A stretch of DNA of 64,000 nt from Longimicrobiales bacterium. GTDB lineage: Bacteria; Gemmatimonadota; Gemmatimonadetes; Longimicrobiales; Gaopeijiaceae. The stretch covers positions 2,496,001 through 2,560,000 of the forward strand of contig OZ242008.1 in assembly GCA_965204735.1 (NCBI GenBank), read 5' to 3'. The position numbers and the translations under genes are program-made. The notes under the pieces were generated by a model that saw nothing but the letters and a program-made list of their open reading frames with translations, did no database searches and was not told the DNA's origin. Below are positions 18,782 to 28,250 of the stretch, in pieces (positions within the stretch are counted from its first letter, which is position 1; every line of letters begins with the position of its first letter).

Positions 18782-19774
18782 ATGGCCACGGACGATCACG
18801 GCAGCGACGGCGACGCCCCCGCAACCCGCATCCTCACGGACATCTCCTCTCGGGCGTGGGAGCACAGCGCCGACCGGGCCGCCCTGGCCGCCCTTCGCAG
18901 GCTCCCGCTCTTCGACCAAGTGCTGCGCACGCTCTTCGGCTTCTTCGGCGAGAAGCCGATCCGGCTGGCGTTCCAGGCCAACGCGGTCCGCGTGGGGCCC
19001 AATCAGTTTCCCCGCATCTGGTCCCTCTACGAAGACGTCTGCCGGACGCTGGACGCGCCCAAGCGCTACCCTCTGCTCATCTCCCAGAACCCGGTCGTGA
19101 ACGCCGGCGCCTACGGAATGGAGGAGCCCTTCATCATCCTCAACTCCGGCGCCATCCAGCTGCTGGACGATCGCCAGGTGGCCTACGTGCTGGGACACGA
19201 GGTGGGGCACGTGCTGAGCGACCACGTGCTCTACCGCACGATGACCGAACTGCTGATCCGGCTTGCGGGGCTGGGGTTCCCCATCGTGGGAATCGCCGCT
19301 CGGGCGATCCTCGTCGGGCTGCTGGAGTGGTCGCGCAAGGCCGAGCTCTCGGCGGACCGAGCCGGGCTGCTGGCGCTCCAGGACCCGACCGAGGTCATGG
19401 GCACGATGCTCAAGATGGCCGGCGGCGGAAAGGACGAGGAGACCTCGCTGGCCGAGTTCATCCGGCAAGCAGAGGAGTACCGGGCGTCGGGCGACATGGC
19501 GGACCAGGTCTTCAAGGTCTTGAACCTGCTGGGGCAGAGCCATCCGTTCTGGGTCCTGCGGGTGTCGGAGCTCCGCGCGTGGATCGAGGAAGGCGCATAC
19601 GACCGGGTGGTCCGCGGCGACTACCAGCGCCGAGGCGAACCGGACCCGGCGTACAAGGAAGACTTGGCCGAGGCCGCCGGCGCCTACCGGGAGGGCGCAA
19701 AGGACTTCTTCGGCCAGATGGCGGGCGCCGCCCGGCGCGTCGGCGAGAACTTCCGCGACTCCTTCCGCAAGTGA
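18782..19774 (+). CDS. M48-family zinc metallopeptidase
   Basis: GHEVGH zinc motif, ELSADRAG, SHP. Confidence 0.85.
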   Translation: MATDDHGSDGDAPATRILTDISSRAWEHSADRAALAALRRLPLFDQVLRTLFGFFGEKPIRLAFQANAVRVGPNQFPRIWSLYEDVCRTLDAPKRYPLLISQNPVVNAGAYGMEEPFIILNSGAIQLLDDRQVAYVLGHEVGHVLSDHVLYRTMTELLIRLAGLGFPIVGIAARAILVGLLEWSRKAELSADRAGLLALQDPTEVMGTMLKMAGGGKDEETSLAEFIRQAEEYRASGDMADQVFKVLNLLGQSHPFWVLRVSELRAWIEEGAYDRVVRGDYQRRGEPDPAYKEDLAEAAGAYREGAKDFFGQMAGAARRVGENFRDSFRK

Positions 19775-19826
19775 GGAAGCCGTCGGGCGGCGGACGACCC
19801 GGCGCCCCGTCGCGGGCTTCCGCCTG

Positions 19827-21146
19827 ATGCGCATCTTGATCGTCGGCGCCGGCGGCCGGGAGCACGCGCTGCTTTGGAAGCTTCGGAAGGACGCCCCGGA
19901 CGCGGCCTTCTTTGCAACCCGCCCCAACGGGGGGATGGCCGGGCTGTGCACCGCGGTGGACCTTTCGCCGGACGACGTGGGGGGCGTCGCGGCGTGGGCC
20001 GCCCGGGCGCGGATCGACTTGGCGGTGATCGGCCCCGAGGCGCCCTTGGCCGCGGGCGTGTCGGACCAGCTGGCGGGCGCGGGCACGCCGGTCTTCGGGC
20101 CGTCGGCGGGGGCGGCCCGGATCGAGTCCAGCAAGGCGTTCGCAAAGGACCTGATGCGCGACGCGGGAGTGCCCACCGCCCGGTATCGGGTCCACTCGGA
20201 GCCGGAGGCCGCCGAGGCCCACATTCGGTCGGTGGGCGCCCCGGTGGTGGTGAAGGCGTCGGGGCTGGCGGCCGGGAAGGGCGCCGTGGTGTGCGGCTCG
20301 GTGGAGGAAGCGGCGGAGACGGCGCGGCGGATGCTCGGCGGAGCGTTCGGGTCGGCAGGCGCGCAAGTGGTCGTCGAGGAGTGCATGGAGGGCGAGGAGC
20401 TCTCGGTGTTCTGCATCGTCGACGGGGAGGCGTTCGCGACGATGCTGCCCTCGCAGGACCACAAGCAGATCGGCGAGGGCGACACGGGACCGAACACTGG
20501 CGGGATGGGCGCCTATGCGCCGGTGGGCTTCGTCACCGAAGCGCTGCTGGCGGAGGTGGGCGAACGGATCGTGGCGCCGACGCTGCGGGCGCTCGCCGAG
20601 TCCGGCTCTCCCTTCCGCGGGCTCCTCTACGCCGGCCTGATGATCACCGCCGAAGGTCCCAAGGTGGTGGAGTTCAACTGCCGCTTCGGCGACCCGGAAA
20701 CCCAGGCGGTGCTGCCGCTGCTCGATTCGTCGCTCTTGGAGCCGATGCTGGCGGTGGCCGAGGGGAGCGGGCTGAAGGGCCATGCGCCCGTCTTCCGCGA
20801 CGCCGCGGCGGTCGCCACCGTGGTCGCGGCCGACGGGTACCCGGGACCTTGTCCCAAGGGCCTGCCGATCTCCATTCCCTCGCTCCCAGGGGTCCACGTC
20901 TTTCATGCGGGAACCGTGACGGGCCCCGCGCCGGGCAGCTTCGCGACCTCGGGGGGCCGGGTCCTGGCAGTCACGGCGGTGGATCGGGACTTCGAGGCGG
21001 CTCGCGACGCCAGCCGAGCGGCCGCCGAAGCGGTGGAGTTCGAGGGCAAGCGCTTCCGGCGCGACATCGGCTGGCGCGAGTCGCGGCGCCGGCTGGGGCG
21101 CCCTGCAACCGAGTCGCAGGGCCGGCGCCCGCGTCCGCGCATGTAG
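19827..21146 (+). CDS. purD: Phosphoribosylamine-glycine ligase
   Basis: GAGGREHA, GPEAPL, GLAAGKG, GPNTGGMGAY, EFNCRFGDPE. Confidence 0.97.
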   Translation: MRILIVGAGGREHALLWKLRKDAPDAAFFATRPNGGMAGLCTAVDLSPDDVGGVAAWAARARIDLAVIGPEAPLAAGVSDQLAGAGTPVFGPSAGAARIESSKAFAKDLMRDAGVPTARYRVHSEPEAAEAHIRSVGAPVVVKASGLAAGKGAVVCGSVEEAAETARRMLGGAFGSAGAQVVVEECMEGEELSVFCIVDGEAFATMLPSQDHKQIGEGDTGPNTGGMGAYAPVGFVTEALLAEVGERIVAPTLRALAESGSPFRGLLYAGLMITAEGPKVVEFNCRFGDPETQAVLPLLDSSLLEPMLAVAEGSGLKGHAPVFRDAAAVATVVAADGYPGPCPKGLPISIPSLPGVHVFHAGTVTGPAPGSFATSGGRVLAVTAVDRDFEAARDASRAAAEAVEFEGKRFRRDIGWRESRRRLGRPATESQGRRPRPRM

Positions 21147-21191
21147 ATACGCCGACCCGAACCGTCAAGCCCCAACGAGAGGAGACCATCT

Positions 21192-21512
21192 ATGACCATC
21201 ACGACCACGCCCACACTCCAGGGCCGGCCGATCCGCGAATACCTGGGGATCGTTACGGGCGAAGCGATCATCGGCGCCAACATCTTCAAGGACCTTCTGG
21301 CTGGCATCCGCGACATCGTGGGCGGCCGCTCCGGCGCCTACGAGGACGCCCTGCGCACGGCCCGGGAGCACGCCCTGCGGGAGATGTCGCACGAGGCCGC
21401 GGCCCGGGGCGCCGAGGCCGTCGTGGGGGTGGACCTGGACTACGAGGTCCTGGGGTCCGGCCAAGGGATGCTCATGGTGACGGCCTGCGGCACCGCAGTC
21501 GCCTTGGAGTAG
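21192..21512 (+). CDS. YbjQ/UPF0145 family protein
   Basis: GANIFKD...[25 protein letters not shown] upstream. Confidence 0.9.
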   Translation: MTITTTPTLQGRPIREYLGIVTGEAIIGANIFKDLLAGIRDIVGGRSGAYEDALRTAREHALREMSHEAAARGAEAVVGVDLDYEVLGSGQGMLMVTACGTAVALE

Positions 21513-21515
21513 GCC

Positions 21516-22403
21516 GTGCCCGAGCTTCCCGAGGCCGAGACGATCGCGCGGGGGCTGAATCGGGTCCTTCCGGGCCGGGTCGTGGCCCGGGTCTCGGTGC
21601 TCCGGGAGGACGTGGTGGACGGCCCGGCGGACGGCCTTGCAGCCGCCGTCGAAGGAAAGCGCTTCGGCGCCGCCGGCCGACGGGGCAAGAACGTGGTGCT
21701 CTCGCTCGGCGACTCGTCGCGGGTCGTGGTGAACCTGGGCATGACGGGCCGCCTGCTTCCCGATCGGGCCGCGAGCACCCACCCGGCCGTGCTCTTTCGC
21801 CTGGAGGACGGCGGCTTCCTCGTCTACGACGACGCGCGCCGCTTCGGCCGAGTGGCCTTTCTGGCCGCGCCCGAGTGGCGGCGCTGGTCCCGAAGCCTGG
21901 GGCCCGAGCCCCTGGCGCGGTCCTTCACCGCCAAGCGGCTCCACGGCATCTTGGCCCGCTCCCGGTCGCCCGTGCGCAACCTGCTCCTCGACCAGAAGCG
22001 GATCGCCGGCGTCGGCAACATCTACGCCGTCGAAGCGCTCTGGGCGGCCCGGATCCATCCGCGCACTCCTGCCGACGCCGTCGATCCCCCGTCCGCGGCC
22101 CGCCTGCACCGCGCGTTGCGCAAGGTCCTGCGCGACGCCATCCGCGCCCGGGGCACCACGCTTCGCGACTACCGCACGGCCGACGGCGCAGAGGGCGGAT
22201 TCGGCCCCGAGCTGCGCGCCTACGGACGCGCCGGCGAGCCCTGCGCTCGCTGCCGCGCGCCGATCCGCAGGGCCGTCTTCACCGGCCGATCCGCCTTCCA
22301 CTGTCCTCGCTGCCAGGGCGCCGGCCACGATCTCCGCTCGATCCACCCCATGGCCAGGCCCGTCCGTCCGGCGGCTCGGCTCGGCGGAGAAGCGCCGCGG
22401 TGA
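21516..22403 (+). CDS. mutM: Formamidopyrimidine-DNA glycosylase
   Basis: PELPE N-terminus, LGMTG, GVGNIY, C-terminal CxxC...CPRCQ zinc finger. Confidence 0.95.
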   Translation: MPELPEAETIARGLNRVLPGRVVARVSVLREDVVDGPADGLAAAVEGKRFGAAGRRGKNVVLSLGDSSRVVVNLGMTGRLLPDRAASTHPAVLFRLEDGGFLVYDDARRFGRVAFLAAPEWRRWSRSLGPEPLARSFTAKRLHGILARSRSPVRNLLLDQKRIAGVGNIYAVEALWAARIHPRTPADAVDPPSAARLHRALRKVLRDAIRARGTTLRDYRTADGAEGGFGPELRAYGRAGEPCARCRAPIRRAVFTGRSAFHCPRCQGAGHDLRSIHPMARPVRPAARLGGEAPR

Positions 22404-23914
22404 AGTCGGGTCTCCCTGCCCCGGCGGCTTTGCTGGCGGCCCTGCCCGCCCTGGCGGCCCTCGGCCAACCCGGCCCGTCCCGGTCGGGCCCCTCTCCCGG
22501 CGAGACGCTCCCGGTGGTGCGCCACGTCCTGTCCAACGGGATGACCTTCCTCGTCCTGGAGCGCCGCCAGTCCCCCACCGTGGCCTTGGTCCTCCACTAC
22601 CCGGTGGGGTCGGTCAACGAGCGCCTGGGCAACACCGGGATCGCCCACGTGCTCGAGCACATGATGTTCAAGGGATCGAGCGAGATCGGCGTCACGGACC
22701 CTGCCCGCGAGGCGGTCCTTCTCGACGCCATGGACGCGGCCCACGACACGCTGCTTCTGGAGCAGGCGGCGCCGCGTCCGGACTCTGCCCGCCTGCGGCG
22801 CTTGCGGCGGTCGATCGGCGCGCTGGAGGACCAGGCTCGCGCTCTGGTCGTGCCCAACGAGTTCGACCGCATCCTCTCGGCGGAAGGCGCCCGGGGCCTC
22901 AACGCCGTCACCAGCCACGAGTCGACGCGCTACTTCGTCGAGCTTCCCGCCAACCGGACGGAGCTGTGGTTCGCGCTGGAGTCGAACCGAATGGCCGATC
23001 CCGTCTTCCGCGAGTTCCACACCGAGCTGGACGTGGTGAAGGAAGAGCGCCGCCTGCGACTGGAGACCAGCCCCGGGGGCGTGCTGGAGAGCGCCTTCCT
23101 GGCCACCGCCTTCCAGGTCCACCCCTACGGCGTCCCCGTCGCCGGACACGCCTCCGACCTGGCGACGCTGACCCGACGGCAGAGCCGAGCGTACTTCCGG
23201 AGCTACTACGGGCCCCGCAACGCCGTCGCCGCCGTGGTGGGAGACGTGGACGCGGAGCAGATACGCGCGTGGGCCGAGGAGTACTTCGGCGCGCTCCCCG
23301 GCGGGCGACGGGCGCCGCCCGTCACCGCGCGAGAACCCCCGCAAGCGGGCGAACGCCGGATCGTGGTGGAGTTCGACGCCGAGCCCCGGTTGATGATCGG
23401 CTGGCGCGCCGTCTCCGGCGCTCACGAGGACGCCCCGGCGTTGCGGATGCTGGCATCCGTCCTCACCGGCGGCCGAACGACGCGTCTCTACCGGCGGCTG
23501 GTCGCCGGAGACCGGTCCGCAGTTCACGTCGCCGCCTACCTGGGACCAGGGTTCGCCCATCCAGGTCTCTTCATGCTGTCGGCGGTGCCTCGGGCGCCTC
23601 ACGGCCCAGCGGAACTCGAAGCTTCCGTCTACGAGGAGATCGACCGCCTCAAGGCGGCGCCCCCCGAACCCGCGGCGCTGGTCCGAATCAGGAACCAAGT
23701 CAGGGCCGGCGAGCTTCGGCGGCTCGCGTCCAACTTGGCGCTGGCCCAGCAGCTCGCCGAGTCGGAAGCCTCTCTGGGCGACTGGCGGCAGACCTTCTTC
23801 GATTCCCGCCGGATCCTGGACGTGACCCCGGCGGACGTCCAGCGGGCGGCCCGCAAGTATCTGGTCTCCCGGACCCGGACGGTGGCCGTCATGAAGCGAG
23901 CGCCGCCTCCGTGA
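22400..23914 (+). CDS. M16 (pitrilysin) zinc peptidase, active subunit, secreted
   Basis: Inverted zinc motif HVLEH, LNAVT, EERR, HPYG; signal-like N-terminus. Confidence 0.9.
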   Translation: MKSGLPAPAALLAALPALAALGQPGPSRSGPSPGETLPVVRHVLSNGMTFLVLERRQSPTVALVLHYPVGSVNERLGNTGIAHVLEHMMFKGSSEIGVTDPAREAVLLDAMDAAHDTLLLEQAAPRPDSARLRRLRRSIGALEDQARALVVPNEFDRILSAEGARGLNAVTSHESTRYFVELPANRTELWFALESNRMADPVFREFHTELDVVKEERRLRLETSPGGVLESAFLATAFQVHPYGVPVAGHASDLATLTRRQSRAYFRSYYGPRNAVAAVVGDVDAEQIRAWAEEYFGALPGGRRAPPVTAREPPQAGERRIVVEFDAEPRLMIGWRAVSGAHEDAPALRMLASVLTGGRTTRLYRRLVAGDRSAVHVAAYLGPGFAHPGLFMLSAVPRAPHGPAELEASVYEEIDRLKAAPPEPAALVRIRNQVRAGELRRLASNLALAQQLAESEASLGDWRQTFFDSRRILDVTPADVQRAARKYLVSRTRTVAVMKRAPPP

Positions 23915-25536
23915 CCACGAAGGCCGTTCGTCGGACCGACGCCGGCGCCGTCCGCTGCGGGGTCCGCGCCGTCTTCGCATCCGCGACCTGGGCAGCCCTC
24001 GCGGCGGCCGCGTGGCTCGCCCTCGCGGCGGCCGCGTGGCTCGCCCTCGCCGTGGCGACGCTCCCCGTCGCCGCCCAGCGCTCGGACGCGGGCGAGTCGG
24101 CCGCGTCCCGCAACTCCGTGCGAGAGCGCATCGCCGCCCTCCGCTACCCCCAGCTTCGGTTCACGCCCCTTCGAGCGGAAGCTGCCGAGGTCAAGGGCGT
24201 CCCCGTGTACTTCGTCCAGGACCCGCAGCTGCCGCTGGTCACCTTCTACGCAGCGTTCAGGGGAGGGGCGGGCCGCTTCCCGCGAGAGCACCTCGCCGCG
24301 GCCACCGGGATGCCCGCCCTTCTGCGGACCGGCGGCACGGTCGAACTGCCGCCCGACGAGGTGGACGACCGGATCGAGATGCTCGCCCTTTCGATGAGCT
24401 TCGGCCAAGGCGCCGGCGGAGCGTCCTCCTGGGTCAACGCCCTGGTGGAGCACGCCGACGAAGCAGTCGCCCTGTGGTCCGACATGCTGCGCCGTCCCCG
24501 CTTCGACTCGGCCCAGGTCGAGCAGTGGCGCGGCGCCGAGCTGGAGCGGGTGCGCCGCCGCTCGGACGACCCGGCCTCGCTGGCCTTCCAGCTCTTCAAC
24601 CACATCATGTACGGCGACCACCCGGTGGGATGGACGACCGGACCCGCCGACCTGACGCCCGACGCCCTCTCACCGGAGCGGCTTCGGTTCGTCCACGAAG
24701 CCGTCTTCTGCACGGACAACATGACCCTCGGCGCAGCCGGCGCCGTGGACCGGGACCGCGCCCTGGAGCTTCTGGAGAGGATGCTGGACGGCTGGCCGTC
24801 GTGCCCGGGCCCGCTGCCCGACGAGCCGGTCCCCGATATCCGGCGGGCGCCGGGCGTCTTCGTGCGTCACAAGGAGATCGAGCAGAGCGTCTTGGTCATG
24901 GCTCACGCGTCTTCGCTGCGGCGGTCGGACTCCCCGGAGTACTTCGCCTCACGCGTCGGCAACTCGGTTCTCGGAGCTTCGGGCTTGTCGAGCCGCCTCT
25001 CGACCGTCCTGCGCACCCGGGAGGGGCTGGCTTACGGCGCCTCGTCGCTGTGGACGACTCCGGCGACGCACGACGGATTGGTGGGCGCCGTCACCCGCAC
25101 CAAGCCCGAGAGCACTCTCGCCGCCGCCCGCCTCCTTCTGGCGGAGATCGATTCGGTCGGCGCGGCGCCGCTGGAGGAAGAGGAGGTCGCCCTCGCGATC
25201 GACGAGGTGGTCAACGGCTTCGTCTTCAACTTCCAGACCCCGTTTCAAGTCGTGGCCCGCCAGATGACCTACCGCAGCCTCGGCCTGCCCGCGAACTGGC
25301 TGGAGCGCTACCTGGCCGGCGTGCGCGAGGTGACGCCGGCCGCCGTTCAGCAGGTGTACCGGAGAGAAGTCGACTCGTCGCGGATGACGATCCTGCTGGT
25401 CGGCGACACATCCCGGTTCGACGGCTCCCCTTCGGAACTGGGACCCGTAGAGGCGCTGGGCACGGCCCCCGCCCCGCCTTCGCGTCCTCAAGAAGCGCCG
25501 CTGCGGCCCGGCCGACAACAGGCCCCCTGTCGTTGA
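23911..25536 (+). CDS. M16 peptidase partner subunit (no HxxEH)
   Basis: M16 fold motifs YGDHP and SSRL...RTREGLAY; tandem with the active subunit, GTGA-coupled. Confidence 0.85.
   Translation: MTTKAVRRTDAGAVRCGVRAVFASATWAALAAAAWLALAAAAWLALAVATLPVAAQRSDAGESAASRNSVRERIAALRYPQLRFTPLRAEAAEVKGVPVYFVQDPQLPLVTFYAAFRGGAGRFPREHLAAATGMPALLRTGGTVELPPDEVDDRIEMLALSMSFGQGAGGASSWVNALVEHADEAVALWSDMLRRPRFDSAQVEQWRGAELERVRRRSDDPASLAFQLFNHIMYGDHPVGWTTGPADLTPDALSPERLRFVHEAVFCTDNMTLGAAGAVDRDRALELLERMLDGWPSCPGPLPDEPVPDIRRAPGVFVRHKEIEQSVLVMAHASSLRRSDSPEYFASRVGNSVLGASGLSSRLSTVLRTREGLAYGASSLWTTPATHDGLVGAVTRTKPESTLAAARLLLAEIDSVGAAPLEEEEVALAIDEVVNGFVFNFQTPFQVVARQMTYRSLGLPANWLERYLAGVREVTPAAVQQVYRREVDSSRMTILLVGDTSRFDGSPSELGPVEALGTAPAPPSRPQEAPLRPGRQQAPCR
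23995..24050 (+). repeat. 24-bp tandem repeat (2.3 copies) in signal-peptide region
   Basis: gccctcgcggcggccgcgtggctc x2 plus a partial copy; encodes ALAAAAWL x2. Confidence 0.85.
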
Positions 25537-25630
25537 CGGGGAACGTACCTTGTCTGTCGTCGGTGCGCCCCGGCGCCGTCTTCGCGCAAAGGCCCCGCGC
25601 CACGATCCTCCGGAGGAAGCAAGCGAGTCG

Positions 25631-27463
25631 ATGTGGCAGACCGAGTGGCAACGACCGCCCGCTGGTCCGACGCCCTACGTGCGCGACCGACGAGACTCCG
25701 CCCTTCGACCCTGGCACGTGGACATGGCTTCCGTGCTTCTGTGGGAGGAACACTGCGTCGAGTGCGCCGTCCCGGAGTGCTACGCCGTCTGCCCCTTGTA
25801 CGTTGCGCGAGAGGATCGGCAGTGCGCGCGGTTCAGGTACGGCATCTGCCCCGATCCCGCCTTCTCGGGACTCTTCCCGTTCGGGGCGCGAATCTCCTTC
25901 CGACGGTGGGGCAAGCTGGAGGCGCGCATCGCCCCCGGCGGCATGTCGCCCCGCCTGCTGGCCTGGGCCGCCGGCCTGGATCGAGCAATCTTGAAGCCCC
26001 TCACGTCGCTCTCTCGGCTGATGCGTCCGTTGAACCCGCAGATGAAGCTTAACCGGGGCTACCGCAAGCTCCGCGAACGAGCGCTGCACCAACTCGGCCG
26101 GTGGCGGTTTCGACACGACATCGCCGATTTCGACGATCTTGTCGTAGAGGCTTGGAACGAGTCCGACCGCTCGGTGCGAATGGTGCTGGAGTGCCATGAA
26201 GACCGTCGCGTCAGGCATCGAAGCGCGTTTTCCCTCCACAGCGGACACAACTTGGTTCGCATTCCGGCCAGGGAGTTCGAGCTGGACGGCGAGTCGCCCT
26301 TTCGAATGCAGTTGTATCCCGACGCAGACCGGGAATGCGAAGTCGTCTTTACTTGGCTCGACTTCGTAAAGTACACCCTCCACGCCCGGACGCACCTCCG
26401 TCCCGCCGACAAGGTGAAGTGCGTCGTCTGGGACTTGGACGGCACGCTTTGGGACGGAACGCTGGCGGAGGACGGTCCGGACGCCGTCTCGCCACGAGGC
26501 GAGGTCTTGGAGCTGATTCGTCGGCTGGACGAGCGCGGGATCGTGCAAAGCGTCGCCAGCAAGAACGACCACGAATCGGCGTGGCAGAAGATCACCAGCC
26601 TGCGCCTGGAGGAGTACTTGCTGTTCCCGGCGATCAACTGGGAGCCCAAGAGCCGCAACATTCCGAAGATAGCGAAGCAGTTCGACATCGGTCTCGACAC
26701 CATTGCGTTCATCGACGACTCTCCGGCCGAGCGCGCGGAAGTCGTCAACGAACTCCCTCACGTGCGAGCGTACGCCGAGACCGACGTCGCAACCCTCCTC
26801 GACCGCGCCGAGTTCGACGTTCCCGTCACCGACGCCAGCCGCCTCCGAAGAAGGTCCTACGTTGCCGAGGCGCGCAGACGAACGGAGTCCACGCGCTTCA
26901 GCGACGACCCGGACGATTTCTTGGCGCAGTGCAGGCTCGTGGCCACCATCTTCCGCCCCCGGCTGGAACGCGACAAGACGCGCTGCCTGGAGCTCCTCCA
27001 TCGTTCGAACCAGCTCAACCTTGCCACTCGCCGATACACGGAAGACGAGTTCCTGGCGTTGCTGGCCGACCCACGGATGTCGATCTTCGCCCTCCGATGC
27101 CGAGACCGATATGGAGACTACGGGCTTGTCGGCGTGGTGGCCGTGAGACGAGACGACGATGCTCCGATGCTGCTCGACTTCGTGATGTCGTGCCGCGTCG
27201 CGCACAAGAGGGTGGAGCATGCCGTCGTCGGCTGGCTTCAAGAACACTTCGCGGCGGGCGAGTCGCGCGCTCGAATCAGGGCAGTGTTCCACGCCACGCC
27301 GCGCAATGGCAAGCTTTGGGAGGTCCTGGTCGAAATCGGATTCAAGGTCGTGGAGAAGGGCGACAAGCATGTGCGAATCGAGTTGTCGGCCCAACATGCA
27401 CCCCCTAGGTCGGGGATCGTTCGGGTAGAGCATGAGGACGCCGGTACTTGTCGTCGCGGATGA
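25631..27463 (+). CDS. FkbH-like HAD-IIIC phosphatase / glyceryl transferase with Cys-rich N-terminal extension
   Basis: KCVVWDLDGTLWDG, SKND, INWEPKS, FIDDSPAER, RSNQLNL, DRYGDYGLVG, MSCRV; N-terminal CVECAVPECYAVCP. Confidence 0.85.
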   Translation: MWQTEWQRPPAGPTPYVRDRRDSALRPWHVDMASVLLWEEHCVECAVPECYAVCPLYVAREDRQCARFRYGICPDPAFSGLFPFGARISFRRWGKLEARIAPGGMSPRLLAWAAGLDRAILKPLTSLSRLMRPLNPQMKLNRGYRKLRERALHQLGRWRFRHDIADFDDLVVEAWNESDRSVRMVLECHEDRRVRHRSAFSLHSGHNLVRIPAREFELDGESPFRMQLYPDADRECEVVFTWLDFVKYTLHARTHLRPADKVKCVVWDLDGTLWDGTLAEDGPDAVSPRGEVLELIRRLDERGIVQSVASKNDHESAWQKITSLRLEEYLLFPAINWEPKSRNIPKIAKQFDIGLDTIAFIDDSPAERAEVVNELPHVRAYAETDVATLLDRAEFDVPVTDASRLRRRSYVAEARRRTESTRFSDDPDDFLAQCRLVATIFRPRLERDKTRCLELLHRSNQLNLATRRYTEDEFLALLADPRMSIFALRCRDRYGDYGLVGVVAVRRDDDAPMLLDFVMSCRVAHKRVEHAVVGWLQEHFAAGESRARIRAVFHATPRNGKLWEVLVEIGFKVVEKGDKHVRIELSAQHAPPRSGIVRVEHEDAGTCRRG

Positions 27464-28250
27464 CTTCGGTCTGTCCGCCGGAGTAAACAAGGGCGTCGTC
27501 GCGGCGTTCGAAGCCGGCATGCTCTCGGGCGCGTCGCTCATCGTCAACATGCCGGGCTTCGAGGAGGCGTGCAGGCTCGCGCGGCGACATGGGCTCCAAG
27601 ACAAGATTGGTCTTCATGTCAACTTGGCCGAGGGAACGCCGCTGACGGAGCCCATACGGAGCCATGCGAAGTTCTGTCGCGACGGCGTCTTTGCGTGGCC
27701 GCGGCGTCCGTGCTTCTCGCTGACGAATCGGGAGCGAGAGGCCGTGGCCGTCGAGTGCGAAGCCCAGTATCGCCGATATCGGGAAGCTGGCATGCGTCCC
27801 TTGCGGCTGGACTCGCATCGGCACATTCACAAGCACTGGCCGGTTGCGACGATTCTCCTTCGGCTGTCAAGGCCGTGGGGCGTACCGTCGGTGCGGCTGT
27901 CGGTCAATGCGGGCGCACGGCCCTGGTGGCACCCGAACCGACTGTACGGGACGGCGTTCAACGCCCGGTTGCGGCTGAGGCGGATGGCGGACACGAGGTA
28001 CTTCGGAGACATCGACGACGTGCGTTCGCTGTTGGGCAAGACGGCGCGCCGGGTCGAGATCATGGTCCATCCCTACATGGACCGCCGTCGCCGGCTTCAC
28101 AACCTCTTCGGCGCCCAGAGGCGAAGCCTTCGGGCCGATCTGGACGCCGTCAAGGACCAGGTCGTCGTCCTGCCGGACCTCGAGCAGGGCCGTCGGCGGC
28201 GGGGGCCGCCGCTTTGGCGCCGGTGTGAATTGCCGCGATTCCGCCGGTGA
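27432..28250 (+). CDS. YdjC/ChbG/HpnK-family carbohydrate deacetylase
   Basis: ADDFGLS, GLHVNL, DSHRHIH, EIMVHP. Confidence 0.85.
   Translation: MRTPVLVVADDFGLSAGVNKGVVAAFEAGMLSGASLIVNMPGFEEACRLARRHGLQDKIGLHVNLAEGTPLTEPIRSHAKFCRDGVFAWPRRPCFSLTNREREAVAVECEAQYRRYREAGMRPLRLDSHRHIHKHWPVATILLRLSRPWGVPSVRLSVNAGARPWWHPNRLYGTAFNARLRLRRMADTRYFGDIDDVRSLLGKTARRVEIMVHPYMDRRRRLHNLFGAQRRSLRADLDAVKDQVVVLPDLEQGRRRRGPPLWRRCELPRFRR

Noticed and set aside
15701..20497. Apparent 1598-aa GlmM fusion (likewise the 1346-aa, 1079-aa and 978-aa ORF calls)
   Set aside because: Only the C-terminal parts are real genes; the upstream parts overlap genuine genes in other frames or strands.
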